A stretch of DNA of 56,338 nucleotides from Octopus bimaculoides. Its lineage: Eukaryota. Within the stretch, counting starts at the first letter, position 1; each line of letters begins with the position of its first letter. The stretch covers positions 12,864,511 through 12,920,848 of the forward strand of contig NC_069005.1 in the NCBI RefSeq assembly GCF_001194135.2, read 5' to 3'. The notes beneath the pieces are model-generated. The model worked only from the letters and a program-made list of their open reading frames with translations. It was not told the DNA's origin and did not search any database. The translations under genes were made by a program, and so were the position numbers. Positions 1 through 12,631 of the stretch are shown in pieces.

Positions 1-39
1 TATATATATATATACACGCAAAAATATGTATAATATATA

Positions 40-440
40 GGCGCAGGTGTAGTTATGTGGTAAGAAGCTTCATTCTCAACCACATGGTTCCGGGTTCATT
101 CATTCACATTGCATGGCACCTTCGGCAAGTGTCTTCTACTATAGCCTCGGGCCGACTAAAGGCTTGCGATTTGGTAGACGGAAACTAAAACACGTCGGTT
201 GTATATATATATATGTGTGAATTTTTTACACGGAAACTGTACGGAAGCCCGTCAAAAATATATCTATGCGTTTTTGCTTGTTTTATGCCCGTGTATGTCC
301 TTAACACGACACAGCTTGTTTACGTTCCCGATAGGCTTTGTACAAGAATAACAAGCAAGTTTTGGGTTCAATTCGTTTAGCGACACTCCACCAGACAGTG
401 CCCCATCATGGCCGCAGGCCACTGAGTGAAACAAGTAAAA
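40..440 (+). mobile_element. SINE family A (tRNA-like head, internal microsatellite, conserved tail), interrupted copy
   Basis: Head ggcgcagg..tgtggtaagaagc..ccacatggttccgggttca at 40-200; tail ..gtgccccatcatggccgcag..tgaaacaagtaaaa at 363-440; about 20 homologous copies in the window. Confidence 0.75.
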
Positions 441-477
441 CAAATATATAAATATAAATATATACACATACATATAT

Positions 478-519
<42 letters not shown>

Positions 520-682
520 GAAGAGATAGACAGAACTAGTAAAATGTGACTGTGCGCGTGTTTGTGAAAGCACGCAAATATGTGTGTGTGTGTGTGTGAA
601 TATATGGAAATAAAGTAATAAAGTTACGGGTACTACGAGCCCTAAGACTCGTGAAAATAAGTTCCAGAAGACTTGCTTTATT

Positions 683-793
683 TTTTTACTTGTTTCAATC
701 ATTAGATTGCGGTCATGCTGGAGCAAGAGCCTTCAAGAATTTTTAGTTGAATGTTGTTTTCATTAAGCCAGGTACTTATTCTCTTAGACTCTA

Positions 794-826
<33 letters not shown>

Positions 827-980
827 AATATATAGTTTTCGTCTGCCAAATCCACCCACAAGGCTGTGGTTCGCCCGAGGTTTTAAAAGACACTTGCCCA
901 AGATGCCACACTGTGGGACTGAACCCGGAACCATGTGGTTGGGAAGCAAGCTTCTTACCACACTGCCACGCGTGCGCCTT
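683..980 (-). mobile_element. SINE family A
   Basis: Reverse complement of the family A head (840-980) and tail (683-790) around a (CA)/(TA) microsatellite. Confidence 0.8.
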
Positions 981-1216
981 AGTTTCTTTTAATTAAGTCA
1001 ATCTATTTGTGGCAATTAAAGAGAATTTAATGAAAAGAAAAATAGTCGTGAACAGTAATAGTAAACTTTACGTTAATAGAAACAAAACTACAGCCAAAGT
1101 AAAGAAAATTCCACTAATTTTACAAATACACACAAAGACACGCACACACACACACGCACACACACACACACACACACATACACACACCATACACACATAC
1201 ACACACACACCGGACT

Positions 1217-1715
1217 AATAGGAGCTGCATGCAACAGCCAGGTGTGTGTAAGAAGCTTGCTTCCCAAACTCATGATTCTGGGTTCAGTCCCACTGCGTGG
1301 CGCCTTGGGCAATTGTCTTTTACCATAGCCTCGGTCTGACCAATTCCTTGTGAGTGGATTTGGTAGACGGAAACTGAAAGAAGCCTGTCGTGTCTCGAAA
1401 CGTAAAAGACTTTCTCACTTTCCCGAGCGTCAAACTATTACACCTGCTTGTTGTTCATACACCTGTCTTCGTCTTTTGCTTTCCTGCAAATTTCAACTAT
1501 ATACATATGTATATATTTGTGTGTTTGTCCCTATCTCAACGCTTGACAACCAATCTTGGTGTGTTTACATCCTCGTACCTTAGCAGTTTGGCAAATGAGA
1601 CTGATAGAATAAGTACCAGGCTTACAAAGATTGAGTCCAGGGGTCGATTTCTTCGACTAAAAGGCGGCACACCAGCATGGCTACAGTCAAAATGACTGAA
1701 ATAAAAAATGATAAA
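1217..1715 (+). mobile_element. SINE family A with nested Penelope-like terminus
   Basis: Head 1217-1390 and tail 1510-1715; 1394-1500 is a foreign segment homologous to the reverse complement of 37140-37240. Confidence 0.8.
1394..1500 (+). mobile_element. Penelope-like terminal repeat fragment
   Basis: ctcgaaacgtaaaagactttctc..cccgagcgtcaaact..cacctgtcttcgtc matches the element at 37135-37330 (-). Confidence 0.6.
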
Positions 1716-1749
1716 GAATTTAGTAAAATATATTTACAGGTATCGTTGT

Positions 1750-2180
1750 ATGATAAGAAGTATGCATCTGGGCCACATGGTTCCGGGTTCAGTCCCACTG
1801 CGTGACACTTTGGTAAGTGTTTTCTAACATAGCCTCGGGCTGAGCAAAAGCTTGTGAGTGGATTTGGTAGACGAAAATTGAAAGAAGCCCGCCGTATATA
1901 TATATGTGTGTGTGTTTGTGTGCGTACGCATGTGTGTATATACGTGTGTGTATGTGTGTGCGTTTGTCCGCCACGACCGCTTGACAACCGGTGTTAGTGT
2001 GTTTACGTCCCAGTAAATTAGCGGCTCGGCAAAAGAAACCGATACTGCAAGTACCAAGATTAAAATACTAAACAAGTCCTGGGGGTGGGGTCGATTCGTT
2101 CGAGTAAAATTTTTCAAGGTGGTGCTCCAGCATGGGCGCAATCTAATGACTAAAGCAATTAAAAATAAAGGATAAAAGAT
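1750..2180 (+). mobile_element. SINE family A
   Basis: Head, (TG)n, then cgcttgacaaccggtgt..ggtgctccagcatgg tail. Confidence 0.8.
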
Positions 2181-2829
2181 AATTAAATTAGTGTTTGAAA
2201 CATGCATTAACATGACGTTTGGATAGGAAGTTTATAATTTAGATCACTTTAAAACAGAAATCTTATACTACAGAACGGGAGGCGACCACGGACAGATTAA
2301 TATCATAAACATTAAACAGCTGGTTGCGACAAACACAAGGGAAGATAAACATGTAAACGATTAAGTACCCTAAACATGGAGACACTTCCGCTTTCAACAT
2401 ATGTTCGCTGGCAAAACGCATTTAGTTGGTAAACATTCTATTAATGGTTAAATTTAAGTAATATGTTAAATACTACGTTAAGGCCTAAATGCTAAGTATT
2501 GACATGAAATAATCCTGCATTGTTTTTCCAGATTTGTGTTAATAATTTCTATATAGATCGATATTTTCTGAATTCGCGTTGGATTTAGTCCATTTTGATA
2601 ATGCTGTCTTTGATAATGCTGTCCTAGCACATATTTTCGAATATATTAATTTGATTGGTAATTTGCACTTTTTTTTCTATATCGAAATATGCTGACACAA
2701 TAAAAACGATCCTCGGTGATCTATAATCATCTATTAAAGATGTGATTTTCTCCATTCTTGTCCGTTTTCTACACACACACATACACACACATATACATAT
2801 ATATATATATATATATATANNNNNNNNNN

Positions 2830-2861
<32 letters not shown>

Positions 2862-2868
<7 letters not shown>

Positions 2869-3227
2869 ATAAGAAAATGAAGGGGAATATGTGGTATTCG
2901 TCAACTTGCAGACATTATATTATGTAAATTTACCTGTTTGTTTTTTAACTAAAAGGACAATAAAAACAATATACAAACACATGTGACATATTATGTCATA
3001 TCAGTAATTAAAAATTAAAAAGGACATCTAGTGACCGAAGATGGGACAATGTCCCATCTTCGGTCACTAGATGTCCTTTTTAATTACAGATATGACATAT
3101 GTCACATGTGTTTGTATACTGATTTTATTGTCCTCTTAGTTAAAAAACAAACAGGTAAATTGTCATAATACAATGTCAGCAAGTTGATGAATACCACATA
3201 TTCCTCTACATTTTCTTATTGCTATAT
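2862..3227. repeat. Long fold-back palindrome (about 180-bp arms, 1-nt loop)
   Basis: Innermost 36 bp perfect: aattaaaaaggacatctagtgaccgaagatgggaca (3013-3048), a, tgtcccatcttcggtcactagatgtcctttttaatt (3050-3085); outer arms pair with scattered mismatches. Confidence 0.95.
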
Positions 3228-4021
3228 AAATTAAGGGTAAAATTTCCTTTTACCCGCACCCATTTATTGCATTCGGTAAAAACACTAGTGCAATAGTAAT
3301 TGGGTATCCTTCCGGCAGTATATTGGATAGATATTATCCCTTAGTGGGCTGGATTCACAACCCCTAACTTTCTTGGATTATATATATATANNNNNNNNNN
3401 NNNNNNNNNNNNNNNNNNNNNNNNNNNNNNNNNNNNNNNNNNNNNNNNNNNNNNNNNNNNNNNNNNNNNNNNNNNNNNNNNNNNNNNNNNNNNNNNNNNN
3501 NNNNNNNNNNNNNNNNNNNNNNNNNNNNNNNNNNNNNNNNNNNNNNNNNNNNNNNNNNNNNNNNNNNNNNNNNNNNNNNNNNNNNNNNNNNNNNNNNNNN
3601 NNNNNNNNNNNNNNNNNNNNNNNNNNNNNNNNNNNNNNNNNNNNNNNNNNNNNNNNNNNNNNNNNNNNNNNNNNNNNNNNNNNNNNNNNNNNNNNNNNNN
3701 NNNNNNNNNNNNNNNNNNNNNNNNNNNNNNNNNNNNNNNNNNNNNNNNNNNNNNNNNNNNNNNNNNNNNNNNNNNNNNNNNNNNNNNNNNNNNNNNNNNN
3801 NNNNNNNNNNNNNNNNNNNNNNNNNNNNNNNNNNNNNNNNNNNNNNNNNNNNNNNNNNNNNNNNNNNNNNNNNNNNNNNNNNNNNNNNNNNNNNNNNNNN
3901 NNNNNNNNNNNNNNNNNNNNNNNNNNNNNNNNNNNNNNNNNNNNNNNNNNNNNNNNNNNNNNNNNNNNNNNNNNNNNNNNNNNNNNNNNNNNNNNNNNNN
4001 NNNNNNNNNNNNNNNNNNNNN

Positions 4022-4128
4022 CCAAATGCACTCGCAAGGCTTTGGTCGGTCCGAGGCTAAAGTAGAAAAGAACCCGGAACCATGTAGTTGGGAAGCAAGC
4101 TACTTACCACACAGCCACTGCTGTGCCT

Positions 4129-4130
<2 letters not shown>
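4022..4130 (-). mobile_element. SINE family A, 5' part
   Basis: aaggctttggtcggtccgaggct..aacccggaaccatgtagttgggaagcaagctacttaccacacagccac. Confidence 0.75.
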
Positions 4131-4175
<45 letters not shown>

Positions 4176-4830
4176 TTCCAACCTCTTGACTTAAAGTTGC
4201 TTAGTATTTCATGCTCAAACGCAATCTTCAATCGCGCTCATATGTATTTGGTACAAAACTCCAATCTCAGCAAACTTTCTCTGAAGATTGCCTTCAGGCA
4301 TGAAACCATAAGCAACGTTATGTAAAGTGACTCGAACTAATATAGACATTAAATTTGTTCAACCTGAGGTGCTCAGTTCACTTTACTTTGTTCATAAGTG
4401 TAATTTGTATATATAACAATACAAGCAAATATCATCGTGACTGTATACGAAAAAAGAGCATCGATCACATACACTATTTTCGTGTGTGTGTGGGAGAGAG
4501 AGAGAGAGAGAGAGAGCGTGTGTGTGTATGCATGTATGTATGCTTGTATGTATGGGATGCGAGTGAGTGACTGCGGGTTAATGTGCGTGTCTTTACGCTT
4601 TTAAACTGGAGGCAAAATGAAAGGAGAAAAAAAATGCTGGTATACTTTACACAATGGAATTGCTGTGAAGAGAAAGTTCTTATAATTTGATTGTAACGAC
4701 CAAATACTCATAGAACTTTTCGTTTCATAACGATCTATTCCATTGCATTCTTTAACTTAACCATGCTATATCGCTCGGCATAGTGTTAAGTATATATGTG
4801 TGTTTATCGATACAAGTATCTACGTCTATA

Positions 4831-4880
<50 letters not shown>

Positions 4881-6000
4881 CACATACATACATTTATACA
4901 TATACATATATATGTGTGTGTATGTATGTATGTATGTATGTATGTATGTATGTATGTATGTATGTATGTATGAAATGATCTTGGAAATATCGTTCTTTTG
5001 TAACTAAACTCTCTTGTGTCATAATATAATTTGTAGCGACAGAATTGTTCTAAAAGACAGTTTTTTTTCTTCTATAGTTATGAGATATTTTCCTTCTATC
5101 CTTCTATATGTCTAGACTTTTACATTTAGAATACGTATCAAAGTTATCAAAGAAAAATACTTTGATAACTTCTCATATTATATTCAAAATCGTTCTTTGC
5201 GGAAAACTATTAATTATGTAACTGTAAAAGTTATATTAACAGTTTTTTCGCCCCTTTCAATGTCATGCGTAACTTTCATTTAGATAAATTTCATAATATT
5301 GTGTTATGACATAAGCTCAGAAATCTGAAATTTGATAAGACTATATGTGGCTCATTTTATTAACCTTCTTATTTTACTGGTATTTTATCGACTTCGGAGA
5401 AACTTTTCCTCGTATCATGAGGTATCGTAAGCACCGCAATGCATTTCTAACACGGCTCTAACCACGTCGGTTAATCCACTGCCATTACATGTGGGTTTGT
5501 TTGTCAAAATACTTTTGAGTATGTGTTCCGGCCTTCTAAGGTCTTCCCATTAGATTCGCAGTAATCGACTTACACATTCCCCCTAAAATTGCTAACCTTG
5601 TGCATATATTAAAGACAATTAGTATCGTCGTCGTCGTTGTTGTTGTTGTTCAGTCCCAGGTCAGTTCAAATCGGGTAAAAGTATAATCAACGATATTCTA
5701 GCTGTGACGGACTGCTTCATTTGTGAAACTAACATAAGGCGAGCCGAAAGAAAAATCAACTGATTTTATTATCGAGAATATGGTACAATTTAATAAAACG
5801 ATACGGCATTCAAACTTTATATTTAAAGAATTGGACTGTGCATAGCCTTAGGAAAAGCAGAAGCAGCATTTGAATGAATAATGAAATTTCATCCAAGAGC
5901 GAGTCATGATCTCGGTAGACTTAAACACATTCTATTTGTTATTATCACAATTCAGAATATTATATTGTGTTTATGCAGTACAGGAGTGAACTAAAATATA

Positions 6001-6423
6001 CCGTAAATCCTCGAGTATAGTCGCCCTTGAGTATAATACGCAGACAATTTTTAGGGGGCTGTACCTCTGAAAAACCTAAACTTTATGTATAATATGCTCC
6101 CCTTCTCTAACTTGAGTCAAGGAGGTCTATATAATGTCCTTGGCTTGTAAGCATATATACGGTAACGTCCTTTATTATTATTGTATATATAACATAATGC
6201 AAACGTGTAGCTTTTTTGTGCACTTTGTTTGAAGAAAATAAAGAAATAACAGTAATAACGTCAGTGAAAAATAAATATTAAGTAAATTGCGTTTACATAT
6301 TTATCACTTAGAAAATTTTGCCTAGAAAATATTTTGCATTTTTAACCTCGTATATAGTACGCACCTGGGATTTTGACCTTTAAATTTGGGGGGAAAATGC
6401 GGATTATACTCGAGGATTTACGG
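6001..6423. mobile_element. pogo/Tigger-like MITE
   Basis: TIRs ccgtaaatcctcgagtatagtc and gattatactcgaggatttacgg; TA dinucleotide on both sides (5999-6000, 6424-6425); no ORF. Confidence 0.85.
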
Positions 6424-6703
6424 TATATTGTTTATGCTATAGAGGGGGAAACTAAGATATATATTATGCAACATGTGGTTAATCACAAACTTGTGTCTAT
6501 ATAGCACAGGAAGAAATTAAAATATTGAAGTGTCAGATAAATGTGTTCGTTTTGTTTTGTTTTTACTTTTTGAATTTTTGTTAATCCTTATTTTCATCAA
6601 AAATTTAAACAAATTAATCTATAATAATAAATGCAAAATTCTGTCTGTCCGTTTCGGACCCCTGTATTTCAATCTACATTTACTCTATATAGACCTATTA
6701 TAC

Positions 6704-6777
6704 CTTTTCGGAACCAGAATGATCCCAGGAGTGAAAATATAGTCTTCATTTGGATCTTGACCATCCAACATTGGGAT
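6704..6777 (-). CDS. Candidate internal exon, unidentified (IPMLDGQDPNEDYIFTPGIILVPK)
   Basis: Acceptor gcttttacatcag, donor AAG|gtataa, open frame; no homology recognised. Confidence 0.25.
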
Positions 6778-7184
6778 CTGATGTAAAAGCATTTGGGTTT
6801 GCTATTTCTAGCAGGTAAAGCTTGACTGATTCATGCCATCTTGGTTGACGTTTGTCAGATGATGTCTGAGATCAAGTGGGAAATAAATGCCATTCGTTTC
6901 GTTAATTCTATGTCAAGATAAGAACTTTGGGACAAATTGGTCAACAGTAGGAAATCAAGTTATGACTGGAACAATAGAATGATTGCATTACAGAATTAAT
7001 TTTCATCCGTCCTTAACCTCTGATCAAACACCACTGGGGCATATAGTCATAGATGTATTATAATGATGCTATTTAGCCCTGTATAGTTTTGGGCCGCAGG
7101 CCTAATTAGCCCTCCGCAGGAGCTAGCTTAAAAGTCCGCACGGATTGCGGCTTTTAAGCTAGTATACAATGTATTCTCATTCAT

Positions 7185-7400
7185 TAAGGCAGCAAGTAGA
7201 ATCGTTTTCACGCTGGGTAAAATGCTTACCGGCATTTCGTCCGTCCTTATATGTTCCGGGGCCAAATACTGCCGGGATTGTCTTTGTCTTTAATTCTTAC
7301 AGAATCGATAAAATAAGTATCGGTTGATCATTGGGATCGATTTAATCGATTTTGCCCCACTACCCCGAAATTGCTGGCCTTGTGCCAAAATTTGAAACCA
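7185..7400 (+). mobile_element. SINE family B
   Basis: aggcagc..agaatcgtt..aaatgcttaccggcatttcgtccgtc..gataaaataagtatc..gctggccttgtgccaaaatttgaaacc. Confidence 0.75.
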
Positions 7401-8220
7401 GTATATTCTCCTTCACTGTTCATGATTTCTTCCACAATTTTGTTAATGTTTCCACGGTAGAAATCATTGGGTCTTGACTGAAAGATTCATCAGGCCACGT
7501 TTTCAGCTCCGAATCATTGTTGAACGAAACGCCTCACTGACTTTTGGTGTGCGACCACAAAAGTTATTAATCTGAAAGCGTTATATCAAGAGAGTAGGGG
7601 GGGGGGGGGTATGGTAAAACTTCCAAAGTGAGCTCTCGAACATTTTGGTCAAATTAGCGAGGTGGAAGCGAACAATGTCGTATTGAAGAAGCACGCCGTG
7701 TCGCCGGACGTATCGTTTGGATCTTACACATTGAGCGAAGGCGACTGGCGACAGTATCATGAAAATATTCCATTTGGTGAGCCAATTCCATTGCGGATTC
7801 GATTCGCACGTGGTTTCCTCGTGGGTGAGATCGTTCAATCGATTTTCATTGAACTGAGCTGGTGAGCGAAATGCAAGGAGTCTATGAAATCGAATGTCTC
7901 TTCCCTGAAGCGTGAAAAATATTTCTATGATCATCTTTCAGTAATAGAATCTTCTCCGTACACAATACAAATGTCTCGAGCAGCTTCGGTAGATTTGCAA
8001 ACTTGATTGAAAGCTAATAAGAAACAGATATCGAAAATGGCAGCACGTTTTTCTTGGTACTCCGTCATATATCTGAAAAGTGATAAAAATTCGGTTAAAT
8101 TTCAACAACGATAAACAAAAGTTATAGAGAAAGAATAGAGTTACAAAAAAATCATAAAACCCTACGATAAACATATTTTCCGCGTTAATAAAACATTGGG
8201 AATTTATCTGACAGCCCATA
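7400..8220 (-). mobile_element. mariner element with internally deleted, frameshifted transposase pseudogene
   Basis: Minus-strand frames from ATG 8068 give N-terminal HTH-like segments (LLAFNQVCKSTEAARDICIVYGED; FNENRLNDLTHEE; ELAHQMEYFHDTVASRL). The sequence then jumps to HGVLLQYDIVRFHLAN (HDNARPH-like), EVLPYPP.YSLDITLSD (YSPDLAPSD-like) and the C-terminal GEY. The first catalytic D region is missing. Confidence 0.85.
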
Positions 8221-8327
8221 AGTATATTTTGGAGCAAACGGATAAACTAAAAGGTATGTTAAGATGCAGAGGGATATAGCAAAGTTTGTCCTGATGACGT
8301 AGCTCGGTGATAAAGGGGTTTATATAT

Positions 8328-8363
<36 letters not shown>

Positions 8364-9479
8364 NNNNNNNNNNNNNNNNNNNNNNNNNNNNNNNNNNNNN
8401 NNNNNNNNNNNNNNNNNNNNNNNNNNNNNNNNNNNNNNNNNNNNNNNNNNNNNNNNNNNNNNNNNNNNNNNNNNNNNNNNNNNNNNNNNNNNNNNNNNNN
8501 NNNNNNNNNNNNNNNNNNNNNNNNNNNNNNNNNNNNNNNNNNNNNNNNNNNNNNNNNNNNNNNNNNNNNNNNNNNNNNNNNNNNNNNNNNNNNNNNNNNN
8601 NNNNNNNNNNNNNNNNNNNNNNNNNNNNNNNNNNNNNNNNNNNNNNNNNNNNNNNNNNNNNNNNNNNNNNNNNNNNNNNNNNNNNNNNNNNNNNNNNNNN
8701 NNNNNNNNNNNNNNNNNNNNNNNNNNNNNNNNNNNNNNNNNNNNNNNNNNNNNNNNNNNNNNNNNNNNNNNNNNNNNNNNNNNNNNNNNNNNNNNNNNNN
8801 NNNNNNNNNNNNNNNNNNNNNNNNNNNNNNNNNNNNNNNNNNNNNNNNNNNNNNNNNNNNNNNNNNNNNNNNNNNNNNNNNNNNNNNNNNNNNNNNNNNN
8901 NNNNNNNNNNNNNNNNNNNNNNNNNNNNNNNNNNNNNNNNNNNNNNNNNNNNNNNNNNNNNNNNNNNNNNNNNNNNNNNNNNNNNNNNNNNNNNNNNNNN
9001 NNNNNNNNNNNNNNNNNNNNNNNNNNNNNNNNNNNNNNNNNNNNNNNNNNNNNNNNNNNNNNNNNNNNNNNNNNNNNNNNNNNNNNNNNNNNNNNNNNNN
9101 NNNNNNNNNNNNNNNNNNNNNNNNNNNNNNNNNNNNNNNNNNNNNNNNNNNNNNNNNNNNNNNNNNNNNNNNNNNNNNNNNNNNNNNNNNNNNNNNNNNN
9201 NNNNNNNNNNNNNNNNNNNNNNNNNNNNNNNNNNNNNNNNNNNNNNNNNNNNNNNNNNNNNNNNNNNNNNNNNNNNNNNNNNNNNNNNNNNNNNNNNNNN
9301 NNNNNNNTATATATATATATATATTGTTTATAGAGCATGATTATAAACTAAAATATATTTTCTTTATGTTGCACAGAGTGAAACTGAAATCTTTGTTTAT
9401 GTCGGAGAGAGATAAGGCAAAATCCATAGACCACCGATATTTATACTGCCCATGTGTTAACTATGTATAGTTGATAGAA

Positions 9480-10600
9480 GGGGTCAAGAAGGAATTCAAT
9501 AAGTAAAAATGTCGTGAAGACTATGCAACATGACGTTTCGGAACTTAGCACGTTGTCATAGCGAAAGAACAAAGTTGAACAAAGGCACAGACTATGGCGA
9601 ACGAAATTCTGGTAACGGTCTACAACAGTAACAATCACGATGAGACTATGATATGGTTTAGAAAAGATATAAACATCAAATATTTCCTGAAACACTCTAC
9701 TCCAGACATTCAGATTCGGGATTAAATGTATCCAGATAAGACAAAGTTTTACAATTATCGGACCTATTTAATGTTTCTGCACCGAAAACCACATTAACAG
9801 AAAGCGGATTTATGCCATTTTTAGACATAACTTATTCTGGAGCACATAATCCATTATCATCTTTTATTTACGATACCAAATTGTTGTTAGAGATATATTT
9901 CGTTGCTATTTTTAGCAGTTGGAGCGGCACTATAAAAGCTTCATTGGTGCTTAGAAATATTTCCTTTTTTTTTCTCTCTCTCTTTCTTTAATTGTTTACG
10001 TAAATACCAGATCTTAAAGTAGACTTTAAACTCTCTTATTTCAGACAATTTGAATTCCTGAATTCGCCCAAAATTATGCAGAAAGAAGAATAATACGTTC
10101 CAATTAGTAGAAAAGGTATTAGCGATAATCTGCATAAATGATTTGTTAGTAATGCCAACGTATGAAATTCTGGAATTAAAGGATAACTAATTGCCAACGA
10201 AATGGTCAAACTGAACGCACGACCACATTAAGGTAGATCTACGCTTGCGTTCCATATAAAATTCTATTGACCAAACAGGATTATGTCTAAAAGAGATGCA
10301 ATGTTCTTGGCAGTACATAATGGAATGCAATAACTCCCGTTGTATAGAAACCGACGTATAAAATACATGCCCTGTCACCTTAAGATCCCTTTAACATATA
10401 TTTCTAAATTTCACACGTTGTGTTCCGTTAGTCTTGAAATAAATATACCAATGGCAATTTATGGTATCGTTCTGTTCTTGTATAAATTCCTGATGAAGTT
10501 TGACATTAGTTTTTCCGATGGCACAAAACGACATCATTTAGAAATTGAATTAATCATGTTCATCATTCAACAGAATGATAGCTGTTCGTTTCAAGGTCAG
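9480..10600 (-). mobile_element. Possible highly decayed Penelope-like element
   Basis: One minus frame is nearly open over about 600 nt and contains SIEFYME (similar to the post-YxDD IxFTxE motif of PLE RTs); a ccgaaacgtc terminus-like motif lies at 9534-9543. Confidence 0.3.
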
Positions 10601-10856
10601 AAATTCCTACGAAGATGGATGTGCTTCCAATTGTTAGAGAAGTTCACGTTTTTAACCTTATGACGCCCAAATCATTAATATGCAGAGGAAAAAATAAAAA
10701 TGCATGCTCTTGTCTTTTGCAGTTTAACAACAAGAATATATATACTTCTTGTCAAAATTATAGCTTTATCACAAAAAATAATACAAACATACATACACAC
10801 AAACACACACATGTTTGTTTGTATGTATGTATGTATGTATGTATGTATGTATTTAT

Positions 10857-10901
<45 letters not shown>

Positions 10902-10979
10902 TTACATGCATATATACATGCATACATACGTACAAACATAGACACATACACATTCATATATGTTTATACATATACATAT

Positions 10980-11345
10980 ACCACATGGTTCCGGGTTCAG
11001 TCCCACTGCGTGGCACCTTGGGCAAGTGTCTTCTACTATAGCCTCGGGCTGACCAAAGCCTTGTGAGTGGATTTGGTAGACGGAAACTGAAAGAAGCCCG
11101 TTGTATATATGTATATGTAAATATATATATGTGTGTCTGTGTTTGTCCCCCCACCATCGCTTGACAACCGATGCTGGTGTGTTCACGTCCCAGTAACATA
11201 GCGGTTCAGCGAAAGAGACCGATAGAATAAGTTCTAGGCTTACAAAGAATAAGTCCTGGGCTCGATTTGATCGACTAAAAGCGGTGCTCCAGAATGGCCG
11301 CAGTCAAATGACTGAAACAAGTAAAAGAGTAAAAGAGTAAAGAGT
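10980..11345 (+). mobile_element. SINE family A
   Basis: Near-consensus copy lacking the extreme 5' end; ends in (gtaaaaga)n. Confidence 0.9.
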
Positions 11346-11421
11346 ATACATGTATACATGTATATGTATATAAAAATATATATGAATATATGTGCACATA
11401 TATATATATACGTGCGCATAC

Positions 11422-11452
<31 letters not shown>

Positions 11453-11465
11453 CTTATATATAAGG

Positions 11466-11660
11466 TATGTGTGTGTTTGTGTTTGTGCTTGTTTCCGCAT
11501 CACCGCTTGACGACATCTCCGCAAATTAGGGATTCGTTAAAAATGACCGATATAATTAGTACCGGACTTAAAATAAGTACTGGGATTGATTTGTTTGACT
11601 AATCCCTTCGAAGAGGTGCCCCAGCATGGCTGCTGTCAAATGGCAGAAGTTAGTTAAAAA
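11466..11660 (+). mobile_element. SINE family A, 3' half
   Basis: gtgtttgt..cgcttgacgac..gaggtgccccagcatggctgctgtcaaatggcagaa. Confidence 0.7.
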
Positions 11661-12582
11661 TTTTAAAAAATTCAAATGTAAGCATATGTTCTTTTACTTC
11701 CACTTTGAGCAGTCTAGCGAAATCATGCTATTTCCATACAATTGGCAGAAGAGGATCGATCGGAAGAATCATTCATCAGGGAGATGACATATGTTAATAA
11801 TAAGCAAAGAATTATGTTTTTTCGTTCCAGTGTGTTCCATAATCAGTTACTGAATCATAATTGAAACGTAGGATCCGACCTTCAATTACTAGATCCCGTT
11901 AAGTATTTCACAAGCTAATAATCCTACAAGTTATAAGATTCTTGCTTGAAAAAATTATATTGATATTTCAGTTCAAAGACCGATGTTTTTCTGTTCAATT
12001 TTTATTTTATTTTTTATCACCTCTGGGTTTAAGAATGCTTTGAACGTATCTTATTGGTTAGTATTTTTTTTCTGCATTTTCTATTACTTTATCATGGCTC
12101 CCAACGTAATACTATTACTGGTAAAAAGACGAAAAAGAAAAAATATATCGAGAAGTCATCCCATGACGCGCAGCAATAAAAAAAATGTTGTCTAGAATGT
12201 AGGAAAGGTCATGGTTTTATATAGCAAACTGCATAAAATGTCATTACAATTTTCCCTTAGGTAATAATTCGTAGATAATATATGCATTTAGAATTATATA
12301 AATATATGCAAATATATTTACTACTTCTGGTACACACACATATATCACGCAAACACATATACAGATACACATGCATATAATCTTTTACACACACACACAC
12401 ATATATATACACATTCTTACCAATGCACGCATCCACACACTGTATAGAGACTTGCACACAAATTCATACACACACACGCGTACGCACGCACACGCATATA
12501 GTGAGTGTAAAAGAGACGTAGAGAAGGTAGAGTGTTTGTAAGTATTATGACTTAGGCATGTGATGCACGGTAATTTGAATAA

Positions 12583-12631
<49 letters not shown>

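Noticed and set aside
5141-5171. 12-bp perfect hairpin aagttatcaaag/ctttgataactt
   Set aside because: Short and AT-rich, plausible by chance or local duplication; no associated element.
7662-7865. Plus-strand 67-aa ORF that looks protein-like
   Set aside because: It is antisense to the mariner transposase remnant.
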